From positions 1,258,469 to 1,322,468 of the forward strand of contig CP070758.1 of assembly GCA_020348925.1 (NCBI GenBank): a stretch of 64,000 nucleotides of DNA, given 5' to 3'. Made by a program: the position numbers and the translations under genes. Below the pieces are notes generated by a model, which was not told the origin of the DNA, made no database searches, and worked only from the letters and a program-made list of their open reading frames with translations. Source of the DNA: Gemmatimonadota bacterium (lineage in GTDB: Bacteria; JBHIER01; G020348925). Shown in pieces: positions 1-9,799 of this stretch. Numbering within the stretch: position 1 is the first letter of the stretch; each line of letters begins with the position of its first letter.

Positions 1-2
1 CC

Positions 3-1151
3 TGTAATCCTTTAACTGGTGGGTGTGAGCACATCAATACCTTCGATCCATGTGAAGAGGGCGATGCCTGTATTGCCATAACGAATGGTTTTTTAATCGA
101 CGGTACAGGTGCAGGGCCGATAGCAAATGCGATCATTATCATTGAGGGTGAGTATATTAAGTACGTAGGAACAGGATCGAGCTTGGAGATACCTGCCGGG
201 ACAGAGATAATTGACGTTCAGGGATCGTATATATTGCCGGGATTCATGAATACTCACGTCCATAGAGGATATGTTGAAAATAACCTCAGGGAGTGGGCGA
301 GATCCGGAGTCACAACAGTGCGCGATGTGGGTAATTCCGTCAATACTCCTGAAGAAGCTTTTACCATACGAGATGCGCTTCTCGAAGACAATAGAAATGC
401 CCGGCTTGTCGCCGCAGGACCGATTGTAACGACTGTGGGCGGCTATGGAAGTTATCCGGTTACATCACCGGATGATGCCGAAGAAGTAATAAATTGGCTG
501 ATAGATGTCGGAGCTGATATCATTAAGATTGCCATCGAGGATAATCTCCAGGGTCGGACATGGCCTATGCTCTCTATGGAGGAAATTACGAGGGTCGTTG
601 ATACCGCACATAGCAGAGGGAAACTGGTCACTGCTCATATAAGCCGATCTCATCAACTTGATATGGCCATTCAAGGCGGAGTGGACGATGTCAATCACAT
701 GGTTATCAATTACGTGCCTGATGAGCTCATTACGTCTATGATTGAGGATGATATGTATTGGGTACCGACGCTTGAACTCTGGGACGGCGTGAGCCAGATG
801 TACAACTTGAATTGGGATACCGTAGCGAAGAATAATCTTCGGCGTTTTGTTCAGGCAGGAGGTAAAGTCGCTTTGGGTACTGACTATGATGGATATACAA
901 CTCCGTTTGATTTGGGTATGCCGATTACCGAAATTCAATTGATGACTGAAGCGGGAATGACACCCATTCAGATCATTGTTGCTGGGACGAAGCATGCTGC
1001 TCATGTTTGTGATCTTGAAGATGAATTGGGAACCATTGGGCCGTGCAAGATTGCCGATATACTTATAGTGAACGGTAATCCTCTTGAGGACCTGGAATAT
1101 CTGTTGGATGTCCGAATAGTAATTCACAATGGGGAGATTATTAGAAATTAG
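3..1151 (+). CDS. Metal-dependent amidohydrolase family protein, 5'-partial, preceded by a Cys-rich segment
   Basis: Frame is open from position 3 (CNPLTGGCEHINTFDPCEEGDACIAITNGFLIDGTG...). Motifs LPGFMNTHVH, GVTTVRD, VTAH, LGTD and ADILIVNGNPL are typical of the amidohydrolase superfamily. Confidence 0.88.
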   Translation, partial: CNPLTGGCEHINTFDPCEEGDACIAITNGFLIDGTGAGPIANAIIIIEGEYIKYVGTGSSLEIPAGTEIIDVQGSYILPGFMNTHVHRGYVENNLREWARSGVTTVRDVGNSVNTPEEAFTIRDALLEDNRNARLVAAGPIVTTVGGYGSYPVTSPDDAEEVINWLIDVGADIIKIAIEDNLQGRTWPMLSMEEITRVVDTAHSRGKLVTAHISRSHQLDMAIQGGVDDVNHMVINYVPDELITSMIEDDMYWVPTLELWDGVSQMYNLNWDTVAKNNLRRFVQAGGKVALGTDYDGYTTPFDLGMPITEIQLMTEAGMTPIQIIVAGTKHAAHVCDLEDELGTIGPCKIADILIVNGNPLEDLEYLLDVRIVIHNGEIIRN

Positions 1152-1264
1152 AGAATAATACAATTGGTTGGACAATTACGAATGGTTGCGGTTACTTGAA
1201 AATATCCAGAGATATGCCTGTTGTGAGATGCTCTGGGTGCAACTTCGACATCTGGAGAATGGAG

Positions 1265-1393
1265 ATGAATCAGAAAAAAGGTGCTACGATTCTCAATCCC
1301 ACCGTTTTTCTTTTAGCCGGAACGTTGGTTGTTTTGACGATATTCCTGTCTTTGGAAGCAGTGGCCCAGAGTATTCAGTCATCAACCGAGTAA
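1265..1393 (+). pseudogene. Orphan signal-peptide-like fragment, possibly a truncated secreted-protein gene
   Basis: GGAG lies upstream of the ATG. MNQKKGATILNPTVFLLAGTLVVLTIFLSLEAVAQ reads as a Sec signal with an AxA cleavage site, and the ORF stops about 8 codons later. Confidence 0.3.
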
Positions 1394-1711
1394 CCGAGGG
1401 GGCTTATAGATAAGGAAATTTCCAAAAGAGCGCTGACTTTTATGCGCTTACCATTCAGTCGGTTGTCGATATCCTAACACCCACTATAATGCAGTTTGAA
1501 GCTTTGCGTTTTCTGGTTAAAAGAGAATCTAATTGGGATTACTCCAAAACAGACTGAGGTTGTGAGGAAGTTAAAGAGGAAACGAAATAAGTATGGTGTC
1601 CATCTATTCCACGCTATTACCTGATAGACGGTAATATGGCTGAACTGAGAAGACACCAAGCAGACAGTCCGGTTCTGTGAGGTCCATTAGCGACCAAAGG
1701 AGGCTGAAAAA

Positions 1712-2635
1712 ATGTTTACTCGACACAAACGTATTTTACTGTTATGCGGCGTCCTTCTTCTTGTGGGAGGTTTCATCCAAATCGTTTGGAATTCTGTCTC
1801 AACTCCTGGTGTGCACTCCTCACCCTTTGCCTGCACGAGCTTTGCTGTTTACGCCGAAAGAACACTCTACGGGATGAATTTCGATTATTCCGATGTTGCA
1901 GTTAGATTTACAATTCGTTCAAAAGGAGACCTGAAGGTTTTTCAGATGGAGTTCCAGCAGGAAGATATTTTTCTACCGACCGTTGGCATGAACAGTGAAG
2001 GATTTTTCGCTTCCCTTCAGATGTTGTTTCCCGAGATGGAGTACACTGAAAGCTCAGGCGAAGATGAGGTTTACACTGGGCAACTGTTCGGAGAATCGCT
2101 GTTTCGTTTTAACACCGTTGGAGAGGTGAATGAGTTCATCCGGGATAAAAGAGTTATTCACTGGTATATGACATTGCATTCCTTGTTTGCCGACACGCTG
2201 GGTGATGCCATGATCGTGGAGCCAGGAGACAGGGAGAACGACATTACGAGAATCGAAAATAATTTCATCGTCATGACGAACTTTCCTGTCGGGCAATTTA
2301 GGGGAAGAAGTTATACGGAAGTGGAAGGATCGGGTGCGAAAAGGTATAAGACCGCATATCAGCACATTCTGGACCACTTCGAGACATTCGATCTGAATCG
2401 AGCATTGGAGACCCTGGAAAAGAGCGTTTTGACGACAGAGAATTTTTCTACGCAGTGCTCAATGGTGTTCGATCCTGAGGGGGGAGAAGTATTCATTGCT
2501 TTGAAGAGGGATTTCAAGAGAATATGGAAAGTGTCTTTAGGAGGTGGAACGATAAAAACCTATTCAGGATTTGATGAAGTCAGAAAATTGCCTCTGGATT
2601 CCTTAGGAGTCTTGGCGTCTGAGATAGTGGAATAG
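1712..2635 (+). CDS. Exported Ntn-hydrolase (choloylglycine hydrolase / linear amide C-N hydrolase-like)
   Basis: AGGAGG RBS, hydrophobic N-terminus, then ACTSFAV (Cys nucleophile), YGMNFDY, GMNSEG and MTNF. Confidence 0.75.
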   Translation: MFTRHKRILLLCGVLLLVGGFIQIVWNSVSTPGVHSSPFACTSFAVYAERTLYGMNFDYSDVAVRFTIRSKGDLKVFQMEFQQEDIFLPTVGMNSEGFFASLQMLFPEMEYTESSGEDEVYTGQLFGESLFRFNTVGEVNEFIRDKRVIHWYMTLHSLFADTLGDAMIVEPGDRENDITRIENNFIVMTNFPVGQFRGRSYTEVEGSGAKRYKTAYQHILDHFETFDLNRALETLEKSVLTTENFSTQCSMVFDPEGGEVFIALKRDFKRIWKVSLGGGTIKTYSGFDEVRKLPLDSLGVLASEIVE

Positions 2636-2724
2636 GCCGGGCATTTCGCAGTGTACAACAAAGGATCAGCGCAGAAGTGTGGGGACAGATTCTATACCAT
2701 AGGAGCATAAAAGGAGAATAAGGA

Positions 2725-2933
2725 GGGACATTCCTTACAATGCATTTTTCCATATAAGGTTATGTATCTATTTTTCATTAAAGATATCGACATTCTCTCC
2801 ACATATGCGTGGTTCAAGGATAATCATAACTGATCTTAGAGTCTGGAATCATTAGTTTTTATCTTGGTCTCATGATGATACGAAAAATGAACACATTATT
2901 TATTGTGTCGTAATCGGTTGCAAGGAGTGTCCC
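2725..2933. repeat. MITE/REP-like element with 16-bp imperfect terminal inverted repeats
   Basis: GGGACATTCCTTACAA (2725-2740) and TTGCAAGGAGTGTCCC (2918-2933) are 14/16 complementary and enclose an AT-rich non-coding interior. Confidence 0.55.
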
Positions 2934-3010
2934 CGAGGGATTTGTGACACAGGGACATTGTGGCTACGACTCAATCCCCCTCGGTTCCCTTTGAAAAAAA
3001 GAGATGTCAG

Positions 3011-3937
3011 TTAATCGACTGGAAATTCTTTGATATTCAACTTCTTCAAATTTGCCTCACCCACACCAAGCTCATAGGCCATTTGGATATGGGGCACGTC
3101 CCGCGGTGTCAAATTGAACAGTGTTGCAGTATAGGTATCGACAGCGACCTGGTCGGTGCCGGCGATGACGGTTTTGTCCTCTCTCGTTTGACCGGGCCCT
3201 CCCGGACCGTTCGTCAGTAAAATACGATTGGCATCCATAATAATGAGATCAGGTTTGACAACAGTGCTCAGGTCGGCAATACCCTGGTCCAACCCGTTCT
3301 GATGAAAGTATCCCCGGTTCCAGTTGATGCCCATCAGGTTTTTCATGCCGAGAGTCAACCGCGATCCTGCATGGTCCTTGGCGATGGGCATGTTGATGAA
3401 GACATCCGCATCCAGGACATCTTTGATAATTTCTTCATTACGTAGTAATCGGCCCCGCAGAACGGGCACGGCCTGATAGAGATCTCTGCTGGTTGCGGCC
3501 ACGACGCTGGCTCCGGCTCTGGAGGCGGCATCCACGGTACCATTGCCCTGAAAGCTTGATAAAGGGTCGTGGCTGACGACAACCACTTCACGAGCCCCGA
3601 CTCGCAGACACAACCTGGCCACGGTTTCCACGACATCGGGGTGCGTGTTGATGGCGGCTTCGGGTGGATTCGTCCCGACGGGATTGGGCTTGAGCACCAC
3701 CTTGTCACCTTTTTTCACGAATCGCTCGATGCCGCCGAGGGCCTCAATGGCTTTTATGGTATTACCGGCCGGGTCGCCTCCCACGGCTACGGCCAGATCC
3801 AATGGGCCCGATACTGTAGGACCGATCATGGCTTTCAATGCTTGAGGTGTTGAGAGCAGACTCATACCTGCACAGGCCAAGCCGAGACCAGCCCCCTGTT
3901 TCAAAAAGTCTCTACGCGATACGTTTTTCTTTTTCAT
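3011..3937 (-). CDS. Tat-exported DUF362 domain protein
   Basis: SRRDFLK twin-arginine signal. GGIERFVKKGDKVVLKPN, NTHPDVV, INMPIAKDH, TLGMKNLMG and GTDQVAVD are DUF362-type motifs. Confidence 0.85.
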   Translation of the reverse strand: MKKKNVSRRDFLKQGAGLGLACAGMSLLSTPQALKAMIGPTVSGPLDLAVAVGGDPAGNTIKAIEALGGIERFVKKGDKVVLKPNPVGTNPPEAAINTHPDVVETVARLCLRVGAREVVVVSHDPLSSFQGNGTVDAASRAGASVVAATSRDLYQAVPVLRGRLLRNEEIIKDVLDADVFINMPIAKDHAGSRLTLGMKNLMGINWNRGYFHQNGLDQGIADLSTVVKPDLIIMDANRILLTNGPGGPGQTREDKTVIAGTDQVAVDTYTATLFNLTPRDVPHIQMAYELGVGEANLKKLNIKEFPVD

Positions 3938-4063
3938 GATTGCTCCTCTCTTCATGAGAATGTTGATCTCAAAACGAAAAGTTACTTATTATTGTTTGAA
4001 GTTGCTTTCCCCGAATCAAGTCCGGTATCGCAACGGCATTTTACAGTTCGCATTTTTTCCTTA

Positions 4064-5578
4064 CTATTGTTCACTTGGAGTTGCAGAGGTTGGCTTCAAT
4101 TGCACCAATCGCATCTGAGCATTCGGAGCCCAGAAGCCACCGGGATCGAGCTCGAGATATTTCTCCAAGTGTTCCACAGCTTTTTCTTTGTTGTCCAGCT
4201 CGTGAAAAATTCTTCCCAACATGAAGTACGGGTTCGTGAAGCTGGAGTCCGTGGCCAGAGATTTCTGATAAAAATGAATAGCCATGGTCGTGTCCCCTTT
4301 TTGATAACATCCCTCGGCCATACTGTCGTACGAATTGGGATTTTTGGGGTTGATTTCAATGAGTTTTTGAAAGGCGGACAGAGCCTCGTCGTATTCCTGG
4401 GCACCGAGATAACAATATCCCAGCATATTACATGCGTTCGGTGTGTTCGGGGCAATCTCAATGGCCTTTTTGAGAACTTCAACTCCAGGCTTGAATGCTT
4501 GGGTTTGATAGTAGAACTGGCTCAGGCGCACGTAGAGGCCGACATCATCTGGGGTGGATTGCAGGGCTTCCTGTGTACTCACAATGCCTCCCAGAAAAGA
4601 GTTGAGTCGATCCTGAGGGACACCTGCGAGGCCGTAAGGGTACTTCTCTCGGTCAGGCGTCAGTTTCTCCATGAGAGCAGCGGCATCGCCGGTTTTCCGA
4701 TATTCGATGAGATGTTTCTGGATTGTAGCACCTGTGGCCATTGGGGTATTCGGTTTGATTTTGATAACCTCATCGAATCTGGCGAGGGCCTCCTCGTACT
4801 GCCCTGTCTGACCGAGCACCATGGCCGACTGAAAGGTGGTATATGATGTCCAGTCGTAACTCAGCTCAGAAGTCAGGAGGTCGGCCTGTTGTGATTGAAC
4901 TTGCTGCGCGTAATTTGAAGCGGGATACCGCTCCACTAAGAGGCTGAAATTTTCTGCGGCATTCTTGGAATTGTCCACAACCAGATACGCTTGAGCCAAT
5001 TGGAATTGATCCTCGGCGGTAGAGGGGGCAGCGGGATTTTCTGTCAATATATCCTGGTACATATGAATGATGCTGTTATAATCGTTCATATTTTGATAGC
5101 ACGCAAGGGTTCTTCTCCTGAAACCATTGATCCTGCCCTGTGTCTCGGCATCGGTATCGGCGGCAGACATTTTCTGTGTCGCGGTTTGGAAGACCTTCAC
5201 GGCTTTTCCCCAGTCCTCCTGTTCCTCAAAGACGCTGCCCAACCGGTCGTACCCATAGAACTCCCAATCCGTATCAGGATTTTCAATGACTATTCCCTGG
5301 AAAAGCCTGGCGGCCTTTTCATAATCTTTATCGATGTCCATGAGAATATTGGCCATGGTCCATTTCGCTGCGGGTGTCAGGCGATGTTCGGGATTCTCCT
5401 TCACAAAGGTCTCGAAGGCAGTCAATGCTCCTGAGTACTTCTGTTCTAATAGGAGATCGTTCCCTCGCTTGAACATGGCGCTATCGTCCGCCCACAGAGC
5501 GCAAACGTAAAAATGGCTCAGAAGCATGATAAGAATAATGGATATCCTATTGCATCGAACAATCATCGCTTTTTTCAT
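4064..5578 (-). CDS. Exported tetratricopeptide-repeat protein
   Basis: N-terminal signal peptide and multiple TPR-like helical repeats (e.g. NMLGYCYLGAQEYDEALSAFQKLIEINPKNP). GAGG RBS. Confidence 0.85.
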   Translation of the reverse strand: MKKAMIVRCNRISIILIMLLSHFYVCALWADDSAMFKRGNDLLLEQKYSGALTAFETFVKENPEHRLTPAAKWTMANILMDIDKDYEKAARLFQGIVIENPDTDWEFYGYDRLGSVFEEQEDWGKAVKVFQTATQKMSAADTDAETQGRINGFRRRTLACYQNMNDYNSIIHMYQDILTENPAAPSTAEDQFQLAQAYLVVDNSKNAAENFSLLVERYPASNYAQQVQSQQADLLTSELSYDWTSYTTFQSAMVLGQTGQYEEALARFDEVIKIKPNTPMATGATIQKHLIEYRKTGDAAALMEKLTPDREKYPYGLAGVPQDRLNSFLGGIVSTQEALQSTPDDVGLYVRLSQFYYQTQAFKPGVEVLKKAIEIAPNTPNACNMLGYCYLGAQEYDEALSAFQKLIEINPKNPNSYDSMAEGCYQKGDTTMAIHFYQKSLATDSSFTNPYFMLGRIFHELDNKEKAVEHLEKYLELDPGGFWAPNAQMRLVQLKPTSATPSEQ

Positions 5579-5842
5579 AATTCGACCTCCCCTCAAAAGA
5601 AGATAAAAAAATCCGCTTCTCGATTATTTCTATTAGAGCAGAATTCCTTCGAGAATGTTTCGCGATTTGTGAGGATTAAGAATCACTCTCCCAGAGATTC
5701 TCCGTTTCAATGTTGTCAGAGACATCTATATGTAATATAATGACTTCTCATTGAGAAACAAATAAAAAATGGAGAGACTCAAGGAAGCTTGCTCCAACAC
5801 TGGTGCAATTGTGATGTGATTCAAATGCTATGATTATTCCTC

Positions 5843-5888
5843 TTGACTCTCTTGGGAGAGAGTGTTATTTTTTTGGAAAAGGTAACAC
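5843..5888 (+). promoter_or_regulatory. Sigma70-type promoter overlapped by a NikR-type operator
   Basis: TTGACT (5843-5848), 17 nt, TATTTT (5866-5871) with an extended TG. The palindrome GTGTTAT-N13-GTAACAC (5862-5888) covers the -10 box, directly upstream of nikR. Confidence 0.75.
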
Positions 5889-5964
5889 TATATGGCGGAG
5901 TGAAAAGTGGACGGAGAGGAACGTTTCGTTGGAAAACATACATTGTGTGAACGTGGAGGCTACT

Positions 5965-6384
5965 ATGGGTCAGGTGACGAGATTCGGCGTTTCGATGGAT
6001 GCGACTCTTTTGAAGAAGTTCGACGCGTTTATTCATCGGCGAGAGTATGCTAAGCGTTCCGAGGCTATTCGGGATCTTGTACGTAGTGCGCTTATTCGAG
6101 AAGAATGGAATACAAAAGATTCAGAGGTCGTCGGAACAATTACCATCATCTACGATCACCACGTCCGGGGATTGCAGGAAACGCTCACTGAGCTCCAGCA
6201 CGGGAGCCAGAAGTCGGTTCTTTCGACCATGCATATTCATTTGGATGCGCACAATTGCCTCGAAGTGTTGGCCGTCCGAGGGAAGGTCGGAGATATTCAA
6301 AACATTGCGGATCGATTGATCAGTCTGAAAGGGGTGAAGCACGGTAAGCTCGTCGCAACATCCACGGGAAAGGATTTGGCCTAA
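5965..6384 (+). CDS. nikR: Nickel-responsive transcriptional regulator NikR
   Basis: Ribbon-helix-helix N-terminus (TRFGVSMD...RSEAIRDLVR) and Ni-binding C-domain (YDHH, QH, STMHIHLDAHNCLEV). GGAGG RBS before the ATG at 5965. Confidence 0.95.
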   Translation: MGQVTRFGVSMDATLLKKFDAFIHRREYAKRSEAIRDLVRSALIREEWNTKDSEVVGTITIIYDHHVRGLQETLTELQHGSQKSVLSTMHIHLDAHNCLEVLAVRGKVGDIQNIADRLISLKGVKHGKLVATSTGKDLA

Positions 6385-6387
6385 AGT

Positions 6388-6894
6388 ATGATGTTCAGCA
6401 CCCGACAGATTGTCCTGGCGGCACTTTTCTGTGCTTTCGGAATTCTTTTTCCGTTCCTTTTTCATTTCATCGCCCTGGGCTCAGTCTTTCTTCCCATGTT
6501 TCTTCCCATACTCATTGTTGGGTTTTTAGTAGATCTGCCATTGGCATTCGTGGTCGGAGTCATGACCCCGATCATATCCTCTGTAACTACAGGTATGCCG
6601 CCTTTCTCGCCACCCATCGCTCCCCTCATGGCGATTGAGGGCGCAGTGCTTGCAGGCACTGCATCGATCCTGTACAGAAAAATTCATCTCAATATATGGA
6701 TGACGATGATTGTTGCCATTGCAGGTGAAAGGTTTGTACTTTTTGTTGCAGCTTTTTTCTTCGCTCCCGTGCTTGGCATTCCCGGGGAAGTTCTCTCACT
6801 TGTTTCGGTCGTCAAGGGTTTTCCAGGTGTTCTTATGCTCCTGATTGTCACGCCGATTGTTGTGAAAAAGGTTGAAAACATGTTGTCCATTTAA
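6388..6894 (+). CDS. ECF transporter S component
   Basis: 168-aa highly hydrophobic protein with ALFCAFGILFP..FH, FLPMFLP and TGMPP, as in ECF S components. Directly follows nikR. Confidence 0.75.
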   Translation: MMFSTRQIVLAALFCAFGILFPFLFHFIALGSVFLPMFLPILIVGFLVDLPLAFVVGVMTPIISSVTTGMPPFSPPIAPLMAIEGAVLAGTASILYRKIHLNIWMTMIVAIAGERFVLFVAAFFFAPVLGIPGEVLSLVSVVKGFPGVLMLLIVTPIVVKKVENMLSI

Positions 6895-6904
6895 AAAGAG
6901 AATA

Positions 6905-7498
6905 ATGACCTCAATTCAACACAGACAATACTTTAACGAACGCGCTGAGAGCTGGGATCGGACATCAGCGGGATCCGAGCGCCTTTCCGAAGTTGTTTCA
7001 CGGTGCGGTTTGCAATCAGGGCAGCGGGTTATTGACATCGGCTGCGGGACCGGGACCCTCATCCCTCATATCAAAAATTGTGTCGGAAAAGAAGGTACCG
7101 TGTACGCTCTTGATTTTGCCGAAGAGATGCTCAGAGTTTTAAAAACCGATACGGAGTTGTCGTCTGTCATACTCATCTGTGCAGATATTGTAAAAATTCC
7201 TGTATGTGATCATTTCTTTGATCATGTTCTATGCTTCGCAACCTTCCCTCATTTCAATGACAAACGTGCGGCTCTGTCGGAGATGCGTAGAATCTTAAAA
7301 ACGGGTGGCAAAATGACGATTGCCCACCTCATGGGCAGCCGGGAGATGAACCAATTTCATGGCCGCGCTGGGGGAGTGGTGCAGCATGATTATCTTCCAC
7401 ATGGGGAGGAGATGAAAGAGCTCTTGAGGCGATCACATTTCTCGGAAATCAACGTTGTCGATGAGCCAAACCTCTATCTGGCACAGGGCGTGAAATAA
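6905..7498 (+). CDS. Class I SAM-dependent methyltransferase
   Basis: VIDIGCGTG motif I, ALDFAEEML, FDHVLC and MRRILKTGG. Confidence 0.9.
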   Translation: MTSIQHRQYFNERAESWDRTSAGSERLSEVVSRCGLQSGQRVIDIGCGTGTLIPHIKNCVGKEGTVYALDFAEEMLRVLKTDTELSSVILICADIVKIPVCDHFFDHVLCFATFPHFNDKRAALSEMRRILKTGGKMTIAHLMGSREMNQFHGRAGGVVQHDYLPHGEEMKELLRRSHFSEINVVDEPNLYLAQGVK

Positions 7499-7600
7499 TC
7501 TCTATTTCTTTTAATGTGCTTCTTCCTGTGGACCTTGATCGATCCCATTATGTCTCATCCCGAAAAAACCCATATCTCTGTGAATTGCATCATGGATTGA

Positions 7601-8746
7601 TTAATAATCGTTTGACAGAAGATGCAGGTTGCCGATGTGGACCCTTTTCAGGCCGGCATCTATGGCTGCCTGCTGACATTCCTCGGCGTGTTTGAGCGAG
7701 GTCGTGGGAAGGTCAGGCATGTAGAAGTGAGGATAAAAGGCCAACAGGGAATAGGGAATTTCCGGATCACATGAAGCTATGAATTGCGCGATGCTTCTCA
7801 CTTCTCTGGCATCGATATATCCCGGAACCAAAAGGGTGCTGGCGATCAAAAGGGGCGGATCCGGTCTCTGTGCCATCTGCTCCGCAACCCATCTGAAATT
7901 TTTTAGTGTCTGCTTATTCGAGACTCCACACAGGGCTTTGTTAAGGTTCTCGTTGTGAGCTTTCAGGTCGAATTTGATACATCCTCCAGAATGCAGTGAC
8001 AGGTCGAGCATTTTTTGCAATAGCCCCGGATTCATGCTGCCGTTCGTCTCCCAACAGATTCTGAGAATGCGGTCACTATTTCGATTCAAGGCAGTCTTCG
8101 AGGCCTGTAAAGCATGGAAAAGTTGGGGTGTGGGATCGCCGCCGAAGTAGCATACACACGCGGTACGACGGTCCACCGAATTGGCTAGCTCCTGTGCAGT
8201 CCGATACCGCGGCGATGACCTTCGCTCCCGAAATTGCCAGTTTTGACAGTAGAGACAATCGAAGGTACAGGCTTCGTAAAAGACTGCAAGATTGAAATAT
8301 CCTAACTCAGGCCCTTTCTCGTATGAGAAATCGGGATACCCGGCGTTGCTCCCGGCAGGGCATACCCAACTGGCCACGCAATTTGTGGGCAACGGATCGT
8401 GGTACCAGGAAACTTTGCCCTTGTCGTGGGTACCACCGAGATGGATCAGTTTTTCAGCTTGATTCGTGCGGAGGCCGCAGTAGCCTAAAGAACTTTCCTT
8501 CATTCGGCATCGATTCGCGCAGAGGGTACATTCGACACCACCCTCATCGCAGGGAGGTTCCGCCGGAAGATCAAATCCATGTCTGCTCTGGACATGGGCC
8601 TGCCGAATAAAGGCTTGAGTTGAACCTATATTATTTCGAAAGCAGTCCCCACAAACCTTGAGAACTTCTGAGATGAGTCGACTGTTTTGACCACAGAGGG
8701 CACACTGTACTTCGGGAAGATTTCCTCTATTACCGAAAAAAGTCAT
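7601..8746 (-). CDS. Radical SAM protein (PFL-activase / AmmeMemoRadiSam-like) with a Cys-rich N-terminus
   Basis: CTFDCLYC motif, N-terminal CALC..CGDC and CTLCANRC..GYCGLR, FGGDPTP, WETNG, LLAFYPHF and VHIGN. Confidence 0.85.
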   Translation of the reverse strand: MTFFGNRGNLPEVQCALCGQNSRLISEVLKVCGDCFRNNIGSTQAFIRQAHVQSRHGFDLPAEPPCDEGGVECTLCANRCRMKESSLGYCGLRTNQAEKLIHLGGTHDKGKVSWYHDPLPTNCVASWVCPAGSNAGYPDFSYEKGPELGYFNLAVFYEACTFDCLYCQNWQFRERRSSPRYRTAQELANSVDRRTACVCYFGGDPTPQLFHALQASKTALNRNSDRILRICWETNGSMNPGLLQKMLDLSLHSGGCIKFDLKAHNENLNKALCGVSNKQTLKNFRWVAEQMAQRPDPPLLIASTLLVPGYIDAREVRSIAQFIASCDPEIPYSLLAFYPHFYMPDLPTTSLKHAEECQQAAIDAGLKRVHIGNLHLLSNDY

Positions 8747-8757
8747 GAATGTATCAC

Positions 8758-9651
8758 CTACCGCAATGTTTGCTGATCGATAACACCGAAGAAATATTTC
8801 AAACAATCTGCAAGATTTTTCACTAAGTCGGGTTTGCTGTTGATGATCATAATATTACCAGGTACGAGAAATATTCGGCCGTAGATTCTTTTCACCAGCT
8901 TTTTCCTCTTTTTAAATACCGGATATTTTGCCATCAGTCCCCAGCGGAACATCTTGGTGATCTTATCCTCCATCCTCAGATGGGTATCGACCAGATAGAT
9001 GGCCAAGTTGGGTTTGAGATCCTCCAGTCTCCCCAGAAACTCGTCAATCGTCTCCTGATGAATGTTTTTGGGTGGCGACGACTTTGTCTCGAGGTAGACC
9101 AGTTTCTGCTCGACCCGGGCGATGACGTCATAGTCACCTCCCAGATGTGTATTTAACACTTTCACGCCCCAAGAAGCGATGGAGCAGAATTCCCGTCGAA
9201 AGATCTGAGCCACGAGCCACTCCAGAGTTCCTCCGAAGCTGTCAAGGTTTTTCTTTGATACGGTATATCGTTGAGCCGTTTTTTTTGTAATAATGCCACT
9301 CTTAATCAGAAACGTGAGATACTCTTCCACCTTCTCGGCACTGCAGTAATGGAGCAAGTCGTCCTTCTCAAATCCGTCCTTGTACTTGATTATGTCACGC
9401 AGCACGATGCGGAAGGAGTATCTTTTCAGAAGCTCGTAATACTCGTCGATTGTTTTTGACCTGGGTCGTGATGGATACAAAAGATTATCCGTGGGGCAGT
9501 CATTCCCAAAGGTGAAACCCCGCCGGCGCAATGTATCGCCTATGGTGATCTCCCGAGCTTCTGCAAGAGCCTTTAGGCGTGTTACTTCCTTTTTCAATTT
9601 TTGAATTTCGCTCTGTGTATCTCTTGACGTGTCCATTTCTTGCCCCAGCAA
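8758..9651 (-). CDS. Hypothetical protein with a PD-(D/E)XK nuclease-like C-terminal domain
   Basis: FGGTLEWLVA...GGDYDVIA...LVYLETKSS fits an E..D..ExK pattern. The N-terminus looks like a coiled coil followed by a winged helix. Confidence 0.6.
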   Translation of the reverse strand: MLGQEMDTSRDTQSEIQKLKKEVTRLKALAEAREITIGDTLRRRGFTFGNDCPTDNLLYPSRPRSKTIDEYYELLKRYSFRIVLRDIIKYKDGFEKDDLLHYCSAEKVEEYLTFLIKSGIITKKTAQRYTVSKKNLDSFGGTLEWLVAQIFRREFCSIASWGVKVLNTHLGGDYDVIARVEQKLVYLETKSSPPKNIHQETIDEFLGRLEDLKPNLAIYLVDTHLRMEDKITKMFRWGLMAKYPVFKKRKKLVKRIYGRIFLVPGNIMIINSKPDLVKNLADCLKYFFGVIDQQTLR

Positions 9652-9799
9652 TAGTATATACCATTTTTTTTCAGATGTCTAGGAAAAATGGGTTTGAGGG
9701 AACAAATTTCCTTGATTGTCGTTTTTCTTTCGGTTAAGTTATTTATCATCATAAATATGTGAAGCTTTTATCTTTGACGTCTTGAGAGGTGATGTAAAA

